This document shows, piece after piece, positions 1-9,000 of a stretch of 32,000 nucleotides of DNA. The translations under genes and the position numbers were made by a program. Every line of letters starts with the position of its first letter. Position 1 is the first letter of the stretch. Source of the stretch: Haloquadratum walsbyi C23. GTDB lineage: Archaea > Halobacteriota > Halobacteria > Halobacteriales > Haloferacaceae. The stretch is from contig NC_017459.1 of NCBI RefSeq assembly GCF_000237865.1, positions 120,001 through 152,000 of the forward strand, written 5' to 3'. The notes beneath the pieces were generated by a model that ran no database searches, was not told where the DNA came from, and saw only the letters and a program-made list of their open reading frames with translations.

Positions 1-3000
1 CGACATGAATTGCGTCGGGGCGCGACCTTGCATCTCTAAGGCTTGAGTGTCGTCACCAACGGTCCCGAAGCCGGTTGCTCCACCCGACGAGCCGCTTCCG
101 GTCGCAGCCGTCTGGTTGGTCGCGCCTTTGTCCCAGTAGGCGCCCGAAAGTTGCCCAGTATTGTTCCCGACGAGTCCGCCAACGGTGCTCCCGCCCTTGA
201 CGCGTCCGCTGGCGTACGACCGAGTTACATCTACATCCTCGGTCTCGCCGACGAGACCACCAACTTTGTCGCCCGATGTGGTGACATCACCGCGCGCGTA
301 CGAATCGGTAATAGACCCGTCATTATTCGTATCGCCGATGAGTCCACCAACGTAGTCGCCATCAGTGGAGACGTTGCCTCGTGCATACGATGTTTCGACA
401 CCATCGCCATCCTTGTAGTACCCAATCAGCCCACCGACCCGCTGTCCAGTTGCGTCAACGTCACCGGTGGCCGAGGCGTTTGTCAGGATGTGATCAGCTG
501 AATCGTGGTGAAGTTCGCCAAACAGTCCACCGACTAGGTTCCCGCCTCCGGGGTCACTGGCGTTGACATCACCGGTAGCAGAGACATCTGTCACGTTTCC
601 TGCGTTCTGGAACTCTCCGACGAGCCCGCCGGTATACGCATCTGTCCCCGTGTTCGTCGCGTTAACGACGCCCGAAGCATGAGCGTTAGAGACGGTGATC
701 GGGTTCCCGGAACTTGACTTCGCCTGACCGACCAATCCGCCCACGTACCCACCGGAGGTGCCGTTCACGCTCCCGCCTGCAGAGGCGTTGATCACGTCAG
801 CCTGCCCCCGGCCGAGGAGACCACCAATGTAGCTCGTCCCGGTGACAGCCCCGGAGGCGTTCACGTCGGTCACCGGCGTCGTACTCTGGTGATCACCGAT
901 GAGACCACCAGCGTACTGATCAGTCGCGGTGACGGTCCCGCTCGCACTGGCGTTGTTCACCGCGCCGTTACTCTCTCCGACCAGTCCACCGATGGACTGA
1001 CTGCCGTTTGCGGTCGCCGTTGTGGTCGCGTCAGTAACGACACCGCCACTATTGACGGTTCCAACGAGACCACCAATCCGATCGCTTCCGCGGACGGCTC
1101 CCGAGGCGGTGACGTTCTGGACCGTGTCGTTGTTGGCTCCGACGGCCACGCCGAGGTCGTTGACCCCGTCTATCGAGGCGTCCTCGACCGTTAGGTTCTG
1201 GATTGTGCCGTCGTTAGTTCCGGCTACCACGCCAAGTTCGTCGCTCCCGGTGACCGAGGCGTTCTGGATTGTCAGATTCTGGATCGCCCCGTTCGAGTCG
1301 AGCGCGCCGACGAGCCCAGCCGTGCTCGCTCCGCTTCGGTTGATCGACAGGTTCGAAATCGTGGTGTCGTTACCGTCAAGTGAGCCGGTGAATGGCGCAA
1401 TCGGCTCGAAGCCGCTGCCACCGTTCCACGAGGCGTTGCCCGTCGCCGACGTGTCGATATCTTCGGCGAGTCGGTAATTATCAGCACGCGCAGCACTGCT
1501 GTTGTCGATTGCTTGCAGATCTGCAAGCGAGTCGATCAGGTACGGATTGTCAGCGGTGCCGTTTCCGCTATACACCGCGGTCAATTCTTCGCCATCTTCG
1601 CGGACGTAAGTTCGTACCGCCCCATCGCTCACGGTGACCGTCGCGTTCGCCGTCGCGGTCGAATAGCCGACCACAGTAAATGTCGGGCTAAACGTCCCGG
1701 TATCCGATTCAGTGATCGAGAGTGTTGCGGTCCCCGTCTCGTTCGTCACGGCCGTAGCGTTCTCAAGGCTGGTGAGACCTCCGGTATCCTGAACGCCCAC
1801 GATGAGCCCCTCAGCCGTGCTGGTGCCAGCTGTCGTCACTGTGACCGAAACCGAGACCTGCTCGGACTGAATCGCGCTCGCGTTGGTAGCGGTGACCGTA
1901 TTGACTGTGCGAGGTGGCTGTTCGGTTCCAGTCGACTGCGCCTGCAAGACCGGATAGCCCCGTGTGACGTTCCACGTAGTCGTGTAGTGTAGCCCATCCA
2001 TGAGCTCAGTCGCCGCCCGACCCTGCATCTGCGGTGCCGGCGTGGTGTCACCGACAGATCCGTAGCCAGTTGCCCCGTCCGGCGTGCCGCTTCCTGTCGC
2101 ATCCGACTGGGCAGTCGCGCCTTTGTCCCAGTAAGACTCGGAGATCTGCCCTGAGTTATCACCGATGAGCCCGCCAAGACCACTGTTCCCCTCAACTCGG
2201 CCGCTCGCGTACACGCGTGCCGTGTCGCCGTTTGTCTGCCCGATGAGTCCGCCGACGGGTCCCGTCCCAGAGACATTACCCTGTGCGTATGAGTCCTGCA
2301 CTGTACCGAGCGTCCCTTCAGTGCCCCCAATCAGCCCACCGGTTGGCCCAGCCGCATCCGCGTTGACATCACCTGTCGCGGAGGCGTTTGCCACAATGTT
2401 TGCCCCCGATTCGTGGTCAATTACCCCGATGAGTCCGCCAACATGCTCACCATTAAAACCAGTACTAGCGGATACATTGACTTGACCACTGGCGGAGACG
2501 TTCGTCACGTTCTTTGCGTTTCGAATTTCGCCAATAAGTCCGCCGACGTACCCGCGACCGCTGCCGACTGCCGCGGTGACATCACCGCTTGCGTCCGCAT
2601 CAGAGATACTAACGGGACTGGTCTGTATGGCACCAACCAGTCCACCGGCGCCCTGGTTTCTGGTCGACACGTTACCTGATGCCGAGACGTTTGCAATTGT
2701 CGCTACCTGGCTTGGGTCGTGCTTGCCGATCAGTCCACCGACGTTACTACCAGTACTATTCACGTCCCCAGTTGCTGACGAACGTCGGATGATGCTGGCG
2801 TCCGCCGATCCGAGTAATCCACCAACACTCTGGCCAGTCGCAGAGACGTTGCCTCGTGCATTCGAGTCCTCGACTGTACCGCCACCACTGTATGTCCCGA
2901 TTAATCCGCCGACTTGACCGTTCGTGTCAGTAGCAACATCGCCCGTCGCAGAGGCATTTGCAACGATGCGTGATGCCGATTCGTGCTCAAAGCTACCGAT

Positions 3001-6000
3001 GAGTCCGCCAACACGTCCATTGACGCCTTGTTTTCCGGCGATAGAGGCATTCACCTGACCAGTGGCGGAGACGTTTGTCACGTTCTTTGCGTTTTGAATC
3101 TCACCGATGAGTCCACCGGTGAAAGCATTGTTACCGCTGAGATCCGATGTCGTAACATTACCATCAGCACGCGCGTTCAAGATAGTGACAGGAGAGCCGG
3201 AAATCGAACTGCCAACCAGTCCACCAACGCGCACGCCCTTACTGGTCGAAACATCACCCGACGCCGAGACGTTTGCAATTGTCGCTACCTGAGTTGGGTC
3301 GTGCTCACCGATGAGTCCACCGACGTTAGATCCGGTAGTACCGTTCACGCGCCCGCTCGCCGAGGAATCGGTCACGTTAGCCTGTGCTCGACCAATCAGC
3401 CCACCGGTGCTCTCTGTCCCGGTGACGGCCCCGGAGGCACTCACGTCGGTTACCGGAGTCGAACTCTGGTGATCGCCAATGAGCCCACCAGCGTACTGCC
3501 CGGTTGCAGTGACAGTTCCGCTCGCACTGGCATTGTTCACCGCCCCGCTACTCTGTCCGACTAACCCGCCAATGGACTTGCTCCCGCTTGTAGTCGCGGC
3601 TGCAGTTGAGTCGGTTAAGACGCCACCAGAGTTGACCGTCCCAACGAGGCCCCCGATCCGGTCATTTCCGATAACCGTCCCTGAGGCAGTGACGTCCTGG
3701 ACGGTACCAGTGTTGATTCCGACTGTCACACCGACGTCGTTGTTCCCGGTGACAGAGGCGTTCTCGATGGTCAGGTTCTGGATCGTTCCGTCGCTGGTCC
3801 CGGCTATCACACCGAGGTCGTCGCTCCCGGTGACAGAGGCGTTCTGGATTGTCAGATTCTGGATTACCCCGCTGGAATCGAGCGTGCCGACGAGCCCAGC
3901 CGTACTCGTGTCGCTCCGATTGACAGATAGATTCGAGATTGTGTGCCCGTCTCCGTCGAGCGTACCATCGAATGTTCCGCTCTCACCCGCAATCGGTTCG
4001 AAGCCGTTGCCACTGTTCCAGGAGGCGTTGTTCGTCGCCGACGTGTCGATATCCTCGGCGAGTCGGTACTGTTCACCACGCGTGGTCGCGTTGATGTTGA
4101 TCGCTTGGAGATCCGCGAGCGAGTCGAGGAGGTACGGGCTCGTGTCCGTCCCGTTACCGGGATACGTCGCCGTTAGCTCGGTGTCGTCATCACGAGTGTA
4201 CGTCCGCACTGTGCCCGGCTCCACCTCGACCGTCGCGGTCGTCGAGACGGTCGATTCTCCCGCTGCACCGAACGTCGGCTCGAACGTCCCGATTGCTGAT
4301 TCGGCGAAGGTGAACGTTGCAGTGCCGTTCGCGTCGGTCACGGCCCCGGCGTCCGCGAGTTCGGTGAGGCCGTCCGCGTTGTCGACACGGATCACATAGC
4401 CTGCATCAGCAGGGGTACCGTCGACCGTCGCGGTGACGTCGATCGTCGTCTGCTCGGTCTGCAGTGCTGTCGTGTCGGAGGCCTCCATCGAGTCGATGGG
4501 CGAAAGCGAGGGCCCGGTCGTGTTCGACTCCCGTTGGAAGACCGGATACGTACTCGTGAGCTTCCACGGCGACGTGTAGTTCAACGGCTTCATGAACGTC
4601 GTCGGCGCTCGGCCCTGCATCTCCAAGGCGCGGGTGTCGCCGACTGTCCCGAAGCCAGTGGCTCCAGCCGACGAGCCGCTTCCGGTTGCACCCGTCTGGT
4701 TGGTCGCGCCCTTGTCCCAGTAGGCGTCCGAGAGTGCTCCGTTGTTGTTCCCGACGAGTCCGCCGACAGTGCTCCCGCCCTCGACGCGTCCGCTGGCGTA
4801 CACGCGCTTCACATCTCCGCTCGCTTCACCGACGAGGCCACCAACGTAGTCTCCCGAGCTATTGACATCACCGCGCGCGTACGAATCGGTGATAGAACCG
4901 CCATTCGTATCGCCGATGAGTCCACCAACGTAGTCACCATCAGTGGAGACGTCGCCTCGTGCATACGAGGTTTCGACTCTATCGCCATTCTGGTGGTAGC
5001 CGATTAGCCCGCCGACTCGCTGTCCCGTCGCGTCAACGTTACCGGTGGCCGAAGCATTCGTCAGGATGTAGTTTGCCGAATCATGGTGAAGTTCGCCGGC
5101 TAGTCCGCCGACTCGGCGACCGTTTCCGGAGGCACTGGAGATATTAACATTGCCGGTGGCAGAGACATTTGTCACGTCGGTCGCGTGTCGAAGCCTGCCA
5201 AAGAGTCCCCCGGCGTACGCGTACGTACCAGTGTTTGTTGTGACGACATCACCTGTGGCGTGTACATCAGAGACAGTAATCTGGTTAACAGACTCCGAAG
5301 TACCGACCAGTCCACCGACTTTCTGACCACTGGTCGATACGTTACCCGACGCTGAGACGTTCGTGATCGTCGCCGCTTGATTATGGCGGTGATCGCCGAT
5401 CAGTCCGCCAACCCGGTCGCCAGACGTACTATTCACCTCGCCGCTGGCGGTCGACTCTCGGATGTTGCTGGCGTCCGTCTGTCCGAGTAACCCGCCGATA
5501 TGATCTCCCCCACCCGACACGGTGCCGGTCGCGGTGGCATTTCTCACCACCTCACCGTTCTGGTGATACCCGATGAGCCCACCGACTCGCTGTCCTGTCG
5601 CGTCAACGTCACCAGTGGCCGAAGCGTTCGTCAGGATGTAGTTTGCCGAATCATGGTGAAGTTCGCCAAACAGTCCGCCGACTCGGCGACCGTAGGAATT
5701 ATCTTGAGCGGAAACGTCACCGGTGGCGGAGACGTTTGTCACGTCGACGGCGTGTCGAAGTCGACCGAAGAGTCCCCCGGCGTACGAGTTTGTACCAGTC
5801 TCCGTTGCATTGATCTCACCCGTAGCGTGGGCATCAGAGACGGTGATCTGGTTGCCGGACTCCGAAGCACCGACCAGTCCACCGACTTTCTGACCCCCGG
5901 CCGACACGTTACCTGACGCTGAGACGCTCTCGATTGTCGCTGCCTGATTAGGGCGGTGTTCGCCGATCAGTCCGCCAACGTACCCGCCGGATGTGCTCGT

Positions 6001-9000
6001 CACGGTCCCACTAGCTGAGGAGTTGCTCACGCTCGCACTTACACGTCCGAACAGTCCGCCTGTGTAGTCGCCGTCACTGGCGACGTCACCAATCGCAGAG
6101 ACGTTTTCAATTGTCTCACCGTTCGTATGATCGCCAATCAGTCCACCCGCGTAACCAGCGCCACCCGACACATCGCCAGTCGCGGTGGCGTCTCTCACCA
6201 CCTCACCGTTCTGGTGGTAGCCGATGAGCCCGCCGACTCGCCGTCCCGTCGCGTCAACATCACCGGTGGCCGAGGCGTTCGTCAGGATGTAATTAGCTGA
6301 ATCGTGGTGGAGTTGGCCAAACAGTCCGCCGACTTGGCGACCATAGGAGTTGTCTTGAGCCGAAACGTCACCGGTGGCGGAGACGTTTGTCACGTCGACA
6401 GCGTGTCGAAGTCGACCGAAGAGTCCCCCGACGTACGAGTTCGTGCCGGTCTCTGTCGCGTTGACGTCACCCGTAGCGTGGGCGTTAGAGATGGTAATCC
6501 GGTCGGTAGTCTCTGAGGTGCCGACCAGCCCACCGACCTTCTGGCCACTGGTTGATACGTTGCCTGACGCCGAGACGCTCTTGATTGTCGCCGCCTGATT
6601 GGGGCGGTGATCGCCGATCAGTCCACCAACCTTGTTGCCAGACGTGCTATTCACGTCACCGCTGGCGGACGACTCTCGGATGACGCTAGCGTCCGTCTCT
6701 CCGAGTAATCCGCCGACCCTCTTTCCCACAGTTGATACGTCGCCCGTTGCAGTAACGTTATTGATCGTCCTCCCTTTGTCGTGATACCCGATCAGCCCGC
6801 CGACGCGCTGTCCAGTTGTGTCAACATCGCCGCTTGCTGACGCGTTTGCAACGATATAATTAGCTTGATCGTGGTGGAGTTCGCCAAACAGTCCGCCAAC
6901 TCGGCGACCGTTTCCGGGCGTACTGGAAGCGTTGACATCACCGGTAGCAGAGACGTCTGTCACGTCGGTCGCGTGTCGAAGCTCGCCAAAGAGCCCCCCG
7001 GCGTACGCGTACGTGCCAGTGTTTGTTGTGACGACATCACCTGTGGCGTGTACATCAGAGACAGTAATCTGGTTGCCAGACTCCGAGCTGCCGACCAATC
7101 CACCGACCCGGTTGCCGCTGCCCGACACGTTACCCGATGCCGAGACGTTCCTGATCGTCGCCGCCTGATTGGGATTGTGATTGCCGATCAATCCACCAAC
7201 CCGGTCGCCGGACGTGCTCGTCACGTCGCCGCTGGCGGAGGCGTTGATGACGCCGGTCCGCGCCCGCCCGACGAGGCCGCCAGTGTAGCTGGTTCCGGTG
7301 ACAGCCCCCGAGGCGTTCACGTCGGTCACCGGCGTCGAACTCTGGTGATCACCGATGAGCCCACCGGCGTACTGCCCGCTCGCGGTGACAGTCACGCTCG
7401 CGCTGACGTTGTTCACAGTCCCTCCAGACGTGACAGTCCCAACGACGCCACCGATTTCCCGGCGGCCCTCGACCGTCCCTGATACGGTGACGTTCTGGAC
7501 AGTCCCAGCGCTTTCTCCGACCACCGCACCGATGTGTCTGTCACCGACGACCGAGACGTTCGTGAGAGCGAGGTTCCGAACCACACCACCCGATTCCAGT
7601 GTCCCGACGAACCCGAGCTCGTTTTTTGTAGTCGCACTCTGATCGATCGACAGGTTCGATATCGTGTGGCCGCCGCCGTCGAGCGAGCCACTAAATGCGG
7701 CACCGCTGTCGATGCCAAACAGCCCACCGATCGGCGCGAACCCTTTCCCGTGTTCGCTGGGCACGTTCCACGACCGCGTGGCCGAGGCGTCGAGGTCGGA
7801 GCCCAGCTGATAGTTGTATCCGCGCGTGGTGGCGTTTTTGTTGATCGCCTGTAGATCGACGAGCGAGTCGATGATGTACGGGTCCACCGTCGACCCGTTG
7901 CCGGCAAACGTGCCGGTCTGGATGGTACCGTTGACCTCGTGATCCCACGACGCCTGACTCCCGGCAATCGTCGTTGCGCTGGCGTTGTTCCCCAGCGAGT
8001 CTGTCATCGACACGATTACCTCCCGAGACAGCGCCGGGTTCGCCCCAACAGTCACATTCCCGGTGAAGTTCCCGTTGCCGGTGTCTGTCAGCGTGACGGA
8101 ATCACTGTCGGCATCCAGTGCGGAGACGTCGGCCGTGGCAGTGGTGATTGAGCCGGCCTCGGACACGGTCGCGTTGATATCGAACGTATCTCCCTCCGAC
8201 AGCGGCGCGGTGCCACCGGTCCGTGTGATCGTCACCGAATCGATACTTGGGGGTGAAGTGTCCACTGCGAGCGTGTTCGACCGGGTGCCGGTCACCTGCG
8301 TGCTGGCGTTCCAGGCGAGATAGCCGACAGTCGTAGGTGCGTGCCCATCTTTATCAATCGCTGCATCCTCTTCAACCCGAACGTCGACACTGTCTTTCGT
8401 GCGATCATCATAACGGAGATAGGCTGGTTGACCTCCACTGCTATCTTGCAGATCAGCAATAAATCCGGCAGGATGCGGGTCGTCGAAAGTGATTTTCTTA
8501 AGCTGGTTATTGACCCCGCTGATCTCGTCAGCAGTGAAGTTCGTCTCACCCAGCACTGAGTCGCCCTGTTCAATAGCGATGTACCCTATCGTCTCGGTCC
8601 CGTGTGCCGTCCCGTCGTTTCCGCTCGCTTCGTCTTCTTGAATAAACACGTCCAGCCCGTTCGAGTCGATGTTTTGATTTCGCGTGCTCACCGCGTCGGG
8701 ATCGTTGAATGTCTGCGGTTGCGTAAATCCGATTGGCGTGCCGGATAATGACTGGTTAAACGCGACTGAATTGATCGTGCCTTCGCTCAGAGTTGTCGTC
8801 CCAGCGTCAACTTTTGTCCCGTCGTCGAGTTCTGTCGTGCCGGCCTCGGCTACGATGTATGAGACGTTCGCGGTCGGGTGGCCGTTGTCTTGGTTCGACC
8901 ACTCCTCGACGCGAATCTCGAAGGAATCCGACTGGACGTTCCGAATACGGGTGTGGCCGCGCTTCTCCGTGGCCACGTCTTCGCTATCTTTTTTAGATGA

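Noticed and set aside
4900-7400. The periodic repeats could have been a CRISPR-like or satellite array.
   Set aside because: The units are 561-651 bp, all multiples of 3, and lie in one open reading frame encoding GGLxG repeats. There is no short repeat/spacer alternation. No CRISPR array was seen anywhere in the window.
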